Below are positions 34,098-44,673 of a stretch of DNA of 64,000 bases, one piece after another. How positions within the stretch are numbered: position 1 is the stretch's first letter; every line of letters begins with the position of its first letter. Under the pieces are notes generated by a model that did no database searches, was not told the DNA's origin, and was given only the letters and a program-made list of their open reading frames with translations. Position numbers and translations under genes: made by a program. The stretch is from an uncultured virus (IMG/VR IMGVR_UViG_3300009152_000001) (Duplodnaviria > Heunggongvirae > Uroviricota > Caudoviricetes): the IMG/VR virus record IMGVR_UViG_3300009152_000001. One strand, written 5' to 3'.

Positions 34098-35649
34098 CAC
34101 CCTTGGCGATGAGGACCTTCTTGAAGAGGAGCCAGTACAAGAACTGGACGAAACATCCAGCGAGTTCATTGACCTGCTCGTGAAGAAACTGGTGCTGTTC
34201 ACAGAGCAGTTCTGTGACGTTGAGTTGTTTCCCTACCAGTTGCCCATCGCGTACCGCGCTATTGAGTCCATCGTCATAGGTGACGGTGAAGAACTGACAC
34301 TCATCGCCACCCGCCAGTCGGGTAAGTCAGAAGTGATCTCTAACGTCATGGCTGCCATGATGGTTATCCTCCCTAAACTCGCCAAGGTGTACCCAACATG
34401 GTTGGGCAAGTTTGAGAAGGGTTTCCTAGTGGGTGTCTTCGCCCCTGTGGAGGACCAAGCGGACACCGTGTTCAGTCGTATCGTGTCGCGCCTCACTAGC
34501 GACCACGCCATGGACTTCCTGCTTGACCCAGAGATTGACGACAAGACCACATCAGGAGGGTCTCGCGGTAAGGGGCGCGCCATATCCCTGAAGAACAGCG
34601 GGTCTCTCTGCCGTATGCAGACCTGTAACCCTAAGGCCAAGATCGAATCGAAGACGTACCATTTCATCCTCGTTGACGAGGCTCAAGAGGCTGACGAGGT
34701 AATGATTACCAAGTCGATCAAGCCCATGTTGGCGTTCAACAACGGAACCATCATGCTCACCGGTACCGCGGTGCGTAACAAGTCGTATTTCTATAAGGCT
34801 ATTCAATACAACAAGCGCCGTGATGTGAATGCCCGTAGAGGTCATCGTCAGGCGCACTTTGAGTACGATTGGCGCGTAGCAGCAAAGTACAACCAGAACT
34901 ACGCACGATTCATCTCAAAAGAGAAACTCCGTATTGGCGAAGACTCCGATGAGTTCCAGATGAGTTACTGCAACCGTTGGATTCTTGAAAAGGGCATGTT
35001 CGTAACCGACGAACGGCTAGAACGCATGTACGACCAGTCCATGGGATTGGTGAAACAGTGGTGGAGAACCCCCGTGGTAGTGGGTATCGACGTGGCCCGC
35101 TCCAACGACTCAACGGTAGTCACTGTGGTGTGGGTCGACTGGGACCACCCGGACGGATTCGGATTCTACGAGCACCGTGTACTAAACTGGTTGGAAATCA
35201 ACAACCTTGAGTGGGAGAAGCAATACTTTGAGATTATCGACTTCCTGCGAAACTATGATGTCTTCCGCATTGGAGTTGACAGTCAAGGTGTCGGCGGCGC
35301 TGTTGCAGAACGGCTACAGATTCTACTCCCACATATCGAAGTGCTGGCAGTCTCATCAGACTCCAAAACCCAAAATGACCGATGGGTTCATCTCACAGAA
35401 CTGATCCAACGAGATCAACTTGTAATCCCCGGTCATTCAAAAGCACGACGTACCAAGAACTGGAAACGCTTCAATCAACAGATGCTTGACCTAGAGAAGG
35501 TGCACCGAGGCCCGTACCTTCTAGCGGCAGCACCTGATGAGAAGGGCGCGTTTGACGACTACCCTGACTCACTCGCAATAGCATGCAATCTTACCCAAGT
35601 AGATACCATGCCCCAAATAAGTGTAAGTGAGAGTCCCTTCTACCGATGA
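34090..35649 (+). CDS. terL: Terminase large subunit
   Basis: LFPYQ, ATRQSGKS, ILVDEAQ, LTGT, nuclease GIDVARSNDST, FDDYPDSLA. Confidence 0.95.
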   Translation: MTDTLGDEDLLEEEPVQELDETSSEFIDLLVKKLVLFTEQFCDVELFPYQLPIAYRAIESIVIGDGEELTLIATRQSGKSEVISNVMAAMMVILPKLAKVYPTWLGKFEKGFLVGVFAPVEDQADTVFSRIVSRLTSDHAMDFLLDPEIDDKTTSGGSRGKGRAISLKNSGSLCRMQTCNPKAKIESKTYHFILVDEAQEADEVMITKSIKPMLAFNNGTIMLTGTAVRNKSYFYKAIQYNKRRDVNARRGHRQAHFEYDWRVAAKYNQNYARFISKEKLRIGEDSDEFQMSYCNRWILEKGMFVTDERLERMYDQSMGLVKQWWRTPVVVGIDVARSNDSTVVTVVWVDWDHPDGFGFYEHRVLNWLEINNLEWEKQYFEIIDFLRNYDVFRIGVDSQGVGGAVAERLQILLPHIEVLAVSSDSKTQNDRWVHLTELIQRDQLVIPGHSKARRTKNWKRFNQQMLDLEKVHRGPYLLAAAPDEKGAFDDYPDSLAIACNLTQVDTMPQISVSESPFYR

Positions 35650-35702
35650 GCCACAAAAGTGGTAATCTTTACCAATAGACCCATCTCCATATAGGAGGAA
35701 AG

Positions 35703-36104
35703 ATGACTGTAGCCCCCAACCCTATGTTCCCTGAGAAGGGCGAGAACGTGTTTGAGCGTTCTCTGGCCCCCAGCATCCCCGGCAACCGTGGCCCCCTTCG
35801 TTTTGAAGAGGGTGTCGCCACTGACACCGACGTGCCCATGGACTTCGGCATCGGCGCTTACCGTGACACCGCTGGCCGTCAGGGTGGTCGCAACGGCACC
35901 AACCCAGAGATGTTCTTCAAGCACCCAGAGGACACCATGCGTGAACGTGCTCACGTGGGCAGTTCGACTTGGATCGACGCCCCCTCAGTGCTCCAAGAGT
36001 TCGTGCAGGGTTCGATGGCCGGTGACGGAATGCCCATGTTTGAGTACGAGTACAACTCAGGTGGCTACACCAAGCGCCCCGCTCCCACGGTGGTATACGA
36101 CTGA
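35703..36104 (+). CDS. Hypothetical (head-associated) protein
   Basis: AGGAGG RBS; highly expressed codon pattern; GPLRFEEGVATDTDVP. Confidence 0.75.
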   Translation: MTVAPNPMFPEKGENVFERSLAPSIPGNRGPLRFEEGVATDTDVPMDFGIGAYRDTAGRQGGRNGTNPEMFFKHPEDTMRERAHVGSSTWIDAPSVLQEFVQGSMAGDGMPMFEYEYNSGGYTKRPAPTVVYD

Positions 36105-36490
36105 TGGCCCGCGGAGAAGACACTGGAGCACACCCCGGCAGGCAGGTCGGTAGGGACGCCCATGCGGCGCGCTCACCGGGTCTCCAACACCCACACGCGT
36201 CTGCGGCCGCGGGTGTCCCTAAGGGGTCACACTGGTCGAAGGGCTTTGTTGGTCAGATAGTAGGCCACGACGACAACGGTACTACCTACTTTGACGCCAA
36301 GGCGTCGGGAGGCGGTTCGACCGACTCCCTCTCAATTCCGTGGACGGGCGGAAAGGCCAACGTAGGCAAGACGATGGGTATGATGCCCGAAAGAAATGGA
36401 GACGGTAATACCACGTGGTCCGCAATGGATTTGGACGCGGCTCACCCCGACGTGCGTGTCAAGTACAAGAACCTGCCCGGGTACCGGTAA
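36104..36490 (+). CDS. Hypothetical protein
   Basis: TGATG overlap; followed by a terminator. Confidence 0.65.
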   Translation: MARGEDTGAHPGRQVGRDAHAARSPGLQHPHASAAAGVPKGSHWSKGFVGQIVGHDDNGTTYFDAKASGGGSTDSLSIPWTGGKANVGKTMGMMPERNGDGNTTWSAMDLDAAHPDVRVKYKNLPGYR

Positions 36491-36511
36491 CCCATAACAC
36501 TTCCTATCAGC

Positions 36512-36542
36512 AAAGGCCCACTCCTTCGGGGGTGGGCCTTTT
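36512..36542 (+). terminator. Intrinsic terminator
   Basis: AAAGGCCCACTCC-TTCG-GGGGTGGGCCTTTT. Confidence 0.88.
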
Positions 36543-36609
36543 GCGTTGTGAACCTTGGAATACTCAGAGGTTGCTACACTCGTATTCCAACGAGTAACAG
36601 GAGAAAGAA

Positions 36610-36777
36610 ATGCACCCCAAAGACGCCGCTCTCGCAGCAGTTTCCTATCTGCGCCGTCTGACCCCACGAGGCCAACAAGAGGAGCAAGAACTCCTGCACG
36701 TTATCCAGTCACTTTCATCCTTCTCCAACACCATCAGTAACGGCTATACTGATAGAAGCGTTTCCAACGTGATGTAA
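36610..36777 (+). CDS. Hypothetical protein (55 aa)
   Basis: MHPKDAALAAVSYLRRL...; AGGAG RBS; hand-translated. Confidence 0.5.
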   Translation: MHPKDAALAAVSYLRRLTPRGQQEEQELLHVIQSLSSFSNTISNGYTDRSVSNVM

Positions 36778-36801
36778 CCCCATCTGCGAACGGAGTACTA
36801 C

Positions 36802-37077
36802 ATGACCACCGCACCCAGTCTGGTGCATGACCTGACTACAAGAGACTCCTCTGAAACCCGCATCCCCTGCACCTTCTCACTGATACAGCAGGCTATGACT
36901 CCAGAGGAATCAGAGGCGCTAACCAACGCCATGGCCCTTATCAAAGAAGATCGCGGGGTAGGGCGGGCCAAGGTGTACTCGTACGAGTGGTTGTCCGATG
37001 TGCTGAACAAGCACGGTCACCAAATCAGCACAAGCACCATTGGTCGTCACGCAAGGGGCAAATGTGGCTGCCAGTGA
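36802..37077 (+). CDS. Small HTH-like/zinc-binding protein
   Basis: WLSDVLNKHGHQISTSTIGRHARGKCGC. Confidence 0.6.
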   Translation: MTTAPSLVHDLTTRDSSETRIPCTFSLIQQAMTPEESEALTNAMALIKEDRGVGRAKVYSYEWLSDVLNKHGHQISTSTIGRHARGKCGCQ

Positions 37078-38227
37078 TCTGACCAAAGACTTGAGTACTG
37101 GTAACGCGGGGCGCTACGCCCTCGGCAAGATTGCTGAACTTCTAGCGCGCAACAACATCGACCCCGATGAGGTCGGGGAAATCAAGAGGGTGTCTGTCTA
37201 CCAGTCGCTCACCAAGAACGACGCTGGTGAGGCTGAGATACATGACTTGTTCGGCATCCAGATAAGCCCCAAGTTTGAGTCGGGTCCTGAGTGGCCGGTT
37301 GTGCAACCGGGGCCTGTTGTGAAGGTACCCCCGACCAAGGTCAAAGCCTCCAAGTCAGACTTCAAGACTTGCGTGGTTCTCCCCGACATGCAGATCGGGT
37401 ACTACCGCAACGCTGCTGGGGACTTGGAGAGCACCCACGACGAAGAGGCTATGGATATCGCCCTTAAGATAACAGCACAAGTAAATCCGGATATGATCGT
37501 CATGGTCGGGGACAACCTTGACCTACCTGAGTTCGGACGATACCGGCTAAGTAACGCTTACGCTTTGACCACGCAAGCCTCCATTGATAGAGCAACGACG
37601 CTTTGCGCCCAGTTACGAGCAGCAGCACCTAACGCCGTGATTTACTGGATTTCCGGTAACCACGAAGAAAGGCTCGTTAACTATGTCATCGACAACGCCA
37701 AGGCAGCCATGGGACTTAAGCGCGGGAACACGCCAGAAGGGTGGCCGGTTCTCAGCGTTCCTTACCTTTGTAGGTTTGATAGTTACGATATTAATTATGT
37801 ACCGGGCTACCCTGCTGGTCAAGTCTGGATTAACCAGCGTCTACGAATCATTCATGGAGACAAAGTCAGATCGAACGGATCGACAGCACACGCGTACCTC
37901 AACTCTCAAAAAACATCCGTGGTTTACGGACACATCCACCGCAGGGAGTGGGCAGAAAAGAGCAGGGAAGACTGGGACGGAGCCAAAACTATTATGGCCG
38001 CGTCCCCCGGCACACTAGCGAAGTGCTCGGGAGCAGTGCCTTCTACAAAGGGTGGGATTGATCTGGATGGTCGCCCTCTCACTATTGTGGAAGACTGGCA
38101 GCAGGGTTTGGCCGTCATCAACTACGAGGAGGGGGACGGTGAGTTCTGGTATGAACAGATCGCAATTCATAACCGAAGGGCCTTCTACCAAGGAAGAGTC
38201 TTCTCCCCAACACTTGGCCCTAGTTGA
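37064..38227 (+). CDS. Calcineurin-like metallophosphoesterase
   Basis: PDMQIG, GDNLD, GNHE, HGD, GHIH. Confidence 0.88.
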   Translation: MAASDLTKDLSTGNAGRYALGKIAELLARNNIDPDEVGEIKRVSVYQSLTKNDAGEAEIHDLFGIQISPKFESGPEWPVVQPGPVVKVPPTKVKASKSDFKTCVVLPDMQIGYYRNAAGDLESTHDEEAMDIALKITAQVNPDMIVMVGDNLDLPEFGRYRLSNAYALTTQASIDRATTLCAQLRAAAPNAVIYWISGNHEERLVNYVIDNAKAAMGLKRGNTPEGWPVLSVPYLCRFDSYDINYVPGYPAGQVWINQRLRIIHGDKVRSNGSTAHAYLNSQKTSVVYGHIHRREWAEKSREDWDGAKTIMAASPGTLAKCSGAVPSTKGGIDLDGRPLTIVEDWQQGLAVINYEEGDGEFWYEQIAIHNRRAFYQGRVFSPTLGPS

Positions 38228-38459
38228 GGTTCGCTGGATTGATGCGTTTGACGGTCCCCAAGGTTGGGTGTCCTACGACGACTACTCTCCAACCGGTGTC
38301 TCACCCGTTACTGTCGGGTTTCTCATGAAGGACTTCATGGTTGGGCACACGAGTGTGTGTTCATCGTACTTCTATGACGACAACAACCGACTAATAATCT
38401 CCAATCCAATACACATACCCACTGGTATGGTAAAGAAGGTTACGCCCTTTGTACATTAA
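38151..38459 (+). CDS. Hypothetical protein
   Basis: LVEVRWIDA...TVGFL...IPTGMVKK pattern; start uncertain. Confidence 0.6.
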   Translation: MNRSQFITEGPSTKEESSPQHLALVEVRWIDAFDGPQGWVSYDDYSPTGVSPVTVGFLMKDFMVGHTSVCSSYFYDDNNRLIISNPIHIPTGMVKKVTPFVH

Positions 38460-38510
38460 AAGTGGTAAAGTGTAATGCGACTCGTCATGACAGAGAGGGT
38501 CTAAATTCCC

Positions 38511-40196
38511 ATGGATTTCTGGTCACCCTCGTATAGGGCTAGTAGTAACGATTTAACAGTCTCCATCTCCCCTCTCGGCCTCGTTGAGTTGGCTGACGAG
38601 GAATTTGAAGTCCACGGCCCCCGCATGAACCGGTACTCAGCGGCGTGGGCCTTCTATCTTGGACATCACTGGTCATACCGCCGTGAAACCGGCGAGGCGA
38701 ACATCACGATGAACTACGTTCGCACGATGTCCGACTACATCACTAACTTTTGTTTTGGTAAGGGCATTCAGTTTAAAGTGCCCGAACAAAACGCAGCCGT
38801 TATTCCCTATCTGCTCCAGCAGGTTTGGGAGACACATAACAACAAGCACACCGTATTGTGGGAACTTGGGCAACTCGCAAGCGTCACTGGCGATGCGTTC
38901 TGCAAGGTGGCTTACGAAGATTCGTACCAAGACGGCATGGGTGTTACTCACCCCGGCAGAATCCGGGTGATCCCACTCAACCCAGCCCACTCATTCCCTG
39001 AGTACCACCCTCACGATAGGGACCGTCTGCTTCGCTTCAAACTGAAGTACCGGTTCTGGGGTACAAGTCCAGAGGGCACGCGGCAGGTGTACACCTTCAC
39101 GGAGATTCTTACTGACGACCTCATCGAACAGTACGTCAACGACGAACTGATCGACCAGTATCCTAATCCCATCGGCACCATTCCGATTGTGCACATCCCC
39201 AACATGAGCATCTCGTCATCTCCTTGGGGCCAGAGCGACATCTGGGACATCATCCCCCTCAACCGCGAACTGAACGAGAAGATGACCGAAGTATCGGACA
39301 TCATCAACTACCACGCTTCACCAGTAACCATCATCACTGGTGCTAAGGCCGCGCAACTTGAGCGCGGACCAAAGAAGGTCTGGGCTGGTCTTCCCAAGGA
39401 CGCCAAGGTGTTCAACCTTGAATCCCGAGGTGAGATGGCGGGCGCTCTGGAGTACATCCAATTCCTAAAGCGCACCATGCACGAAATCACGGGCGTACCA
39501 GAGAACGCTCTGGGCCAGACCCAACCAATCTCAAACACTTCCGGTACGGCGCTGGCTATCCAGTATCAGCCAATCATGAACCGTTACCATATGAAGCGCA
39601 TCCACTTCACCAAGGGGCTTCAGAAGATCAACGAGTTGATCATCCGTACCGCAGTGATGTTTGCCCCCGAGGCTCTGGTGTACAACCCTTCTGTGGCTGA
39701 GCAACCTGAGCCTGACCAACTTCCGCAACTTGACCCCGCGGACCCCTTGACCTACCGGACAGAGATTCACTGGCCAGAGCCACTTCCCGTGGACGTGCTT
39801 ATCAAACTCAACGAAGTCCAGTCGAAGATGGGTATGGGTCTGGAATCCAAGAAGGGCGCTCTGCGCATTCTTGGTGAAGAGTTCCCGAACGAGAAGATGG
39901 CTGAAATCTTTGAAGAACTCCGAGACGACCTGCTTGATCAGGGAGCCTTGGACATGCTCCGCGCCCAAATCAACCAAGCCGTAATGATGTCTACTGGTAT
40001 GGTCCCCGGCCCGGACGGCACCGCCAACGTAGTATCTGCTGGAGGTGCTAATGTAACAGCAGCCGGTAACGGCGATAATGCTGGAACCCTTCCCGGTATG
40101 CAAGTATCTCCGGAGGGTGCTGGAATGATGAACAACCTAGTAGCAAAGGCATACGGAGCACGGCTAGCCCAGCGCCGCGTGCCCGACGAAGAATAA
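38511..40196 (+). CDS. Portal protein (SPP1 gp6-like)
   Basis: FYLGHH, VTGDAF, NPIGTIPIVHIPN, WGQSDI, NTSGTAL; lies between terminase and capsid. Confidence 0.9.
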   Translation: MDFWSPSYRASSNDLTVSISPLGLVELADEEFEVHGPRMNRYSAAWAFYLGHHWSYRRETGEANITMNYVRTMSDYITNFCFGKGIQFKVPEQNAAVIPYLLQQVWETHNNKHTVLWELGQLASVTGDAFCKVAYEDSYQDGMGVTHPGRIRVIPLNPAHSFPEYHPHDRDRLLRFKLKYRFWGTSPEGTRQVYTFTEILTDDLIEQYVNDELIDQYPNPIGTIPIVHIPNMSISSSPWGQSDIWDIIPLNRELNEKMTEVSDIINYHASPVTIITGAKAAQLERGPKKVWAGLPKDAKVFNLESRGEMAGALEYIQFLKRTMHEITGVPENALGQTQPISNTSGTALAIQYQPIMNRYHMKRIHFTKGLQKINELIIRTAVMFAPEALVYNPSVAEQPEPDQLPQLDPADPLTYRTEIHWPEPLPVDVLIKLNEVQSKMGMGLESKKGALRILGEEFPNEKMAEIFEELRDDLLDQGALDMLRAQINQAVMMSTGMVPGPDGTANVVSAGGANVTAAGNGDNAGTLPGMQVSPEGAGMMNNLVAKAYGARLAQRRVPDEE

Positions 40197-40250
40197 ACCG
40201 AGATTCATAACTCACGTCAGTAGACGCCCAACCATACAGAGGTAAAAGCA

Positions 40251-41030
40251 ATGTCAGAAGTAAATGATGGAATCACTATTCCTGTTGAGCGCGGAGTTCC
40301 TCTGAACTCCGCAAACATGCCCTCAAATGAGAAGTATTTCTCAGAAGAGGAAGTGACGAAGATTCGTCAGCAGGAAAAGGACAAACTCTACAAGCGCCTT
40401 GAGGATTCAGAGTCGCGCTACAAGCAGATGGAAGACCAACTGAACGTCCTTGCAAAGGAACGTGAAGATGCAATCCGTCTGGCTGAGGACCGGGCAAAGA
40501 AAGAAGCAGACGTTCTGCGTCAGCGTGAAATAGAAGAACTGACCGCCAAGGAACTCCTCGCTCGCACCGAGGACCAGTTCAAGCAGCGACTGAATCAAGT
40601 CGAACAAGAGTGGTCAGTGAAGTTCCAAGAGATGGAACAGCAGCGGATGGCCCAAGAGGCTGTCCTTGAGAAGGAGCGCGCGCTTCAGGCTCTGGAGTCA
40701 TACCGTTCACGTCGTATGGCCGAGGAGCAGGAAGCAATCATTCCTGAACTACTTGATCTTATCTCCGGTAACTCGCAAGAGGATATAGAGAACTCAATTG
40801 GTGCACTTCGTGCAAGAAGTAGTGCTATCATTGAGTCAATCCAGCAAGCGGCTCAACCGAACCGTTTGCGGGGGGCGCAGGTTACCGCTCCTCCTGTCGG
40901 ACCCTTGGATAATCAGATGGAATACCAGTCGTTCTCGGCGGATGATATCCGCAATATGCCGATGGATCAGTACGCAAAAATGAGGGATCGTCTACTAAAC
41001 GCTCGGCCAAACTCACGTGGCCGTTTCTAA
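40251..41030 (+). CDS. Capsid scaffolding protein
   Basis: Long coiled coil; KIRQQEKDKLY; DIRNMPMDQYAKMR; directly upstream of the capsid gene. Confidence 0.8.
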   Translation: MSEVNDGITIPVERGVPLNSANMPSNEKYFSEEEVTKIRQQEKDKLYKRLEDSESRYKQMEDQLNVLAKEREDAIRLAEDRAKKEADVLRQREIEELTAKELLARTEDQFKQRLNQVEQEWSVKFQEMEQQRMAQEAVLEKERALQALESYRSRRMAEEQEAIIPELLDLISGNSQEDIENSIGALRARSSAIIESIQQAAQPNRLRGAQVTAPPVGPLDNQMEYQSFSADDIRNMPMDQYAKMRDRLLNARPNSRGRF

Positions 41031-41065
41031 CCCCTAAATCCCAATTATCCTAGGAGGATACTTCC

Positions 41066-42148
41066 ATGGCATTTCCCTCACCCACTGGTGGCGGCATTAC
41101 AACCTCTTCAACCGCAGGTTATAACGCTACCAACTACCCCGGTACCAACTCAGCGCTAACTCCCGCGATCCAGACTATCTGGTCAAAGGAAATCCTGTTC
41201 CAAGCGATGCCCGTGCTCCGCTTTGAGCAGTTCGCTGTGAAGAAGACCGAACTCGGCGTTCAGCCCGGTTTGACCATCAACTTCATGCGTTACAAGAACC
41301 TCCTCACTGAAGACGCTGGTGCAGAACTCACCGAAGGTGTACGTCTGGACCCATCAGCGCTGTCAGCCAGCCAGATCAGCATCACCGTGAAGGAACAGGG
41401 TAAGGCTGTCGCCGTAACCGAACTGCTCCTCAACGCGTCATTCGATGACGTGATGGCTTCGGCTAGCCGCCTCCTTGGCCGTCACATGGCCCAGAGCATG
41501 GACAACCAAGCCCGCAACACGCTGTACGCAGCAGGCACCACCTTCGGCGGCACCAGTGGCACCGCTCCCGACGTAATCTTCGGTCGTGCGACCAACGGTT
41601 CAGTCCGTGGTTCAATCGCTCCTTACGAGTACGGCGCTGCTGGCGCTTCAGCGTCTGCGGCAGGCTTCCTCTCACCCGCAACCATCAAGGATGCGGTGGA
41701 GCGCCTCTCTGCCAACAACATCCCTCGCCTTGGCGACACCTACGTCTGCTTCGTGCACCCAAGCCAGAGCCGCTCACTCCGCGACTGGCCAGAGTTCATC
41801 GAAGTCACCAAGTACGCTGCCCCCGGCAACTTCATGCTTGGTGAAATCGGCCGCATGTACGACGTGGTATTCATTGAGACCACTCAGGTCGCGAAGGGTC
41901 TGGGCGCTGGCTCAGCAAGTTCAGCCACCCGTAACGACAACACCTACTCAGCGATCATGATCGGTGACAACGCCTTCGGCCACGCCATTTCACTCCCAGT
42001 GGAACTGCGCGACGGTGGCGTCATCGACTTCGGTCGTGAGCACGGCCTCGCTTGGTACGCCATCTGGGGCTTCGGTGTAATCACCCACGAAAGCCGCGTG
42101 GTCATCAACACCAAGGGCGGTGCTATCACCAACAGCCTCACATCTTGA
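41066..42148 (+). CDS. Major capsid protein (N4 gp56-like, HK97 fold)
   Basis: ELTEGV, YVCFVHP, GEIGRMYDVVFIET, DFGREHGLAWY; strongest codon bias; AGGAGG. Confidence 0.92.
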   Translation: MAFPSPTGGGITTSSTAGYNATNYPGTNSALTPAIQTIWSKEILFQAMPVLRFEQFAVKKTELGVQPGLTINFMRYKNLLTEDAGAELTEGVRLDPSALSASQISITVKEQGKAVAVTELLLNASFDDVMASASRLLGRHMAQSMDNQARNTLYAAGTTFGGTSGTAPDVIFGRATNGSVRGSIAPYEYGAAGASASAAGFLSPATIKDAVERLSANNIPRLGDTYVCFVHPSQSRSLRDWPEFIEVTKYAAPGNFMLGEIGRMYDVVFIETTQVAKGLGAGSASSATRNDNTYSAIMIGDNAFGHAISLPVELRDGGVIDFGREHGLAWYAIWGFGVITHESRVVINTKGGAITNSLTS

Positions 42149-42178
42149 GGTTCTTGATAGCACTCTCACAGTTATAGT

Positions 42179-42210
42179 AATATGGGCGGGGGGAAACCCC
42201 CGCCCATATT
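42179..42210 (+). terminator. Terminator hairpin after the capsid gene
   Basis: AATATGGGCGGGGG-GAAA-CCCCCGCCCATATT. Confidence 0.8.
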
Positions 42211-42234
42211 CATTTCCAATACAAGGAGTACCAC

Positions 42235-42477
42235 ATGGCACGCAAACCGCAGTCAGTATTTGCTGAAGCCGAAGACGCTGAAACCACTGATGAGGTGGTG
42301 GAAGTGGAAGAGCAAGAAGTAACCGACCACCTCAAGACCGCTCGCATCAAGGGCACGTTCAACTTCATGTGGGGTACCCAGACCTACGACTTCGTTGACG
42401 GAAAGCGTTACCGAATCCCCGCAGACATGTACGAATACCTCCGCGGGTACGGCAACATCTACGACACGCTGGCGTGA
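42235..42477 (+). CDS. Hypothetical protein
   Basis: AAGGAG RBS. Confidence 0.7.
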   Translation: MARKPQSVFAEAEDAETTDEVVEVEEQEVTDHLKTARIKGTFNFMWGTQTYDFVDGKRYRIPADMYEYLRGYGNIYDTLA

Positions 42478-42514
42478 CCCCTTTCCCAGCGATCTAAACC
42501 AACTGAGGTAAACC

Positions 42515-43918
42515 ATGGCTTACATAATCCCCAACGCTACCGACACGTCTACTGGGGGTAAATACAACGCCCTAGATCAGGCCGAACCGGATGCCTTGGA
42601 CTTTGAGATACTTGGAAGCCGTACCTCAGGTGTTATTGAAGGCTGCGAGGTAACGGCGCAGTCGACTCCCGACGCAACCGTTAACGTGGCAGCGGGGTAT
42701 GTGGTTCTGAACAACGTCGCATACTCCGTTGCCGCCTCGGCCAACCTTGCTCTGGGTGCGCTCACCACCTCCAACAACCGCTTCGATTTGGTTATTGCCC
42801 GTAAGAGCGGGGACACGGTAACCATTACCTCCGTGGCTGGCGTGGAGAGTGCGGCCAACCCTTCGTACCCACTGTCAGTTTCCCGCCTCGCTCCGGGTGT
42901 TACTGCTGATCCTACCAAGCACATCGACCCTGCCACCGATGTGGTCTTGGCCGCTGTGTATCGCAGCGGTGCAACGTCGGTCACTTCCAGCCGCATCGTG
43001 GACAAGCGCGCGAAGTCAACCTCCGGTATCCGGTTGCAAGGGGCAGTTCCCTCAACGAGTCTAGGCTCAGACGGCGACCTGTACTTCAAGACCACTCTTA
43101 CCAACGGCGACTCAGCGGGCGTGTATGTAAAGCGCAGTGGGGCATGGCAGGAACTCGCGAAGGCCCCCATTGATCCGGGTGTGCCAGTTGGTGCAATCAT
43201 TATGTGGCCTGCCACATCAGCGCCGTCCTCGGCTGTATGGATGGAGGCAGACGGTTCTGCCATATCACGCACCACCTACGCAACCCTCTACGGGGTGCTG
43301 GGAACCACCTACGGTGCTGGGGACTCCTCCACCACGTTCAACCTTCCTGACTTCCGCGGCCACTTCCTGTCGGGCAAGACTGCTGCGCGGGCATTGGGTA
43401 CTCGCTATGGCGGGGCCAACCACACCGTATCTGTGGCTGAGGGGAACCTCCCTGCTCACACCCACGGTCTCGGCACTGACGCGTCCATGACCACCACTGC
43501 TGCGCACACCCACGCTATCGACCACGACCACCCGCAGGCAACCACCGCCAGTAGCACGGACAGCCACACCCACTCTTTCAGTGCTACGACCAACCCCACG
43601 GCGGTGACCACCTACCAAGGCTTCGCCTTCAACAAGGGAGACCTGTGGGGTTACATGACGACAACGGATTTGAAGGCCAACACGCCGTCCACCGGTTTCA
43701 ACATAGAGCACACTCACGCCGTATCAGGCACCACCGGGGCACCATCGGGCGCAGGACACACCCACGCCGTAGACCTGCCCTCGTTCACTGGCACGTCCTC
43801 TTCCGCAGGGTCTCACGCCCACACTCTCTCTGGGACGACAGCGTCGACTGGGTCGGCCACCCCTCTGAGTGTTGAACCATCCAACTACGCCATTCGGTAC
43901 TTCATCCGATACGCATGA
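42515..43918 (+). CDS. Fibre protein with tail-collar domain and HxH needle repeats
   Basis: PVGAIIMW, DGSAISRTTYATLY, TFNLPDFRG; seven HxH motifs. Confidence 0.85.
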   Translation: MAYIIPNATDTSTGGKYNALDQAEPDALDFEILGSRTSGVIEGCEVTAQSTPDATVNVAAGYVVLNNVAYSVAASANLALGALTTSNNRFDLVIARKSGDTVTITSVAGVESAANPSYPLSVSRLAPGVTADPTKHIDPATDVVLAAVYRSGATSVTSSRIVDKRAKSTSGIRLQGAVPSTSLGSDGDLYFKTTLTNGDSAGVYVKRSGAWQELAKAPIDPGVPVGAIIMWPATSAPSSAVWMEADGSAISRTTYATLYGVLGTTYGAGDSSTTFNLPDFRGHFLSGKTAARALGTRYGGANHTVSVAEGNLPAHTHGLGTDASMTTTAAHTHAIDHDHPQATTASSTDSHTHSFSATTNPTAVTTYQGFAFNKGDLWGYMTTTDLKANTPSTGFNIEHTHAVSGTTGAPSGAGHTHAVDLPSFTGTSSSAGSHAHTLSGTTASTGSATPLSVEPSNYAIRYFIRYA

Positions 43919-44109
43919 GTCTCCTTCCTACGCCCAGCACTCCTGAGCAGGCACGGTTAGTCCGGTCGGTTATGACCGCACGACTCAGGGAACCACACTC
44001 AGGTATAAACCAGCCTAGTCAAGATACCGTTTCTAACGTGTTAGCCACAGCGGTAAGGTACAATGGAGACTACCTGACCTTCCAGTCAGACTATGTAATC
44101 GCAGGGTAG
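43915..44109 (+). CDS. Hypothetical protein
   Basis: ATGA overlap. Confidence 0.5.
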   Translation: MSLLPTPSTPEQARLVRSVMTARLREPHSGINQPSQDTVSNVLATAVRYNGDYLTFQSDYVIAG

Positions 44110-44114
44110 GTAAA

Positions 44115-44657
44115 ATGTCTCGTGAACTTGTAATAGGGTCAGGGCTTTCATCAACCTCAACGACCTCCTCGGTAACCATCTCGGCTAACCCAGTTACCGC
44201 CGCCTCGGTTTCTGTAGCAGACGCTGGCGGGTTCTATAACGGCACCACCGTTGAGGCGATTCTCGCAGAAATTGGGGCCAGTTCTACTGGTGCCACTTGG
44301 TACTCCGGTGAGGGCGCTCCGTCGAACTCCCTTGGTTCTAACCGCGACTTCTACTTGGACACCCTGAACTCCCGTTACTACGGCCCAAAGGCATACGGTG
44401 ATTGGGGCCAGTCCTACTCATTCATTGGTAACCCCGGACCCACCGGACCACGAGGCCCCATCGGACCCTCGCCAACTATCACTGTGGGCACAGTAACTAG
44501 TGGGGCTTCTGCATCGGTAACAAACTCAGGTACCAGCACCGCTGCTGTGTTCAACTTCTCCCTCCCTCGGGGCGCTACCGGAGCCACCGGCTCCACAGGC
44601 CCGACCGGTCCAACTGGCCCCGCCAACTCAATCCTCCTAAACCAGTTCTACGTATAA
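44115..44657 (+). CDS. Collagen-like fibre protein
   Basis: GEGAPSNSLGSNRDFYLDT, YGPK, Gly-X-Y repeats. Confidence 0.75.
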   Translation: MSRELVIGSGLSSTSTTSSVTISANPVTAASVSVADAGGFYNGTTVEAILAEIGASSTGATWYSGEGAPSNSLGSNRDFYLDTLNSRYYGPKAYGDWGQSYSFIGNPGPTGPRGPIGPSPTITVGTVTSGASASVTNSGTSTAAVFNFSLPRGATGATGSTGPTGPTGPANSILLNQFYV

Positions 44658-44673
44658 GGAATAAGGAATAACA

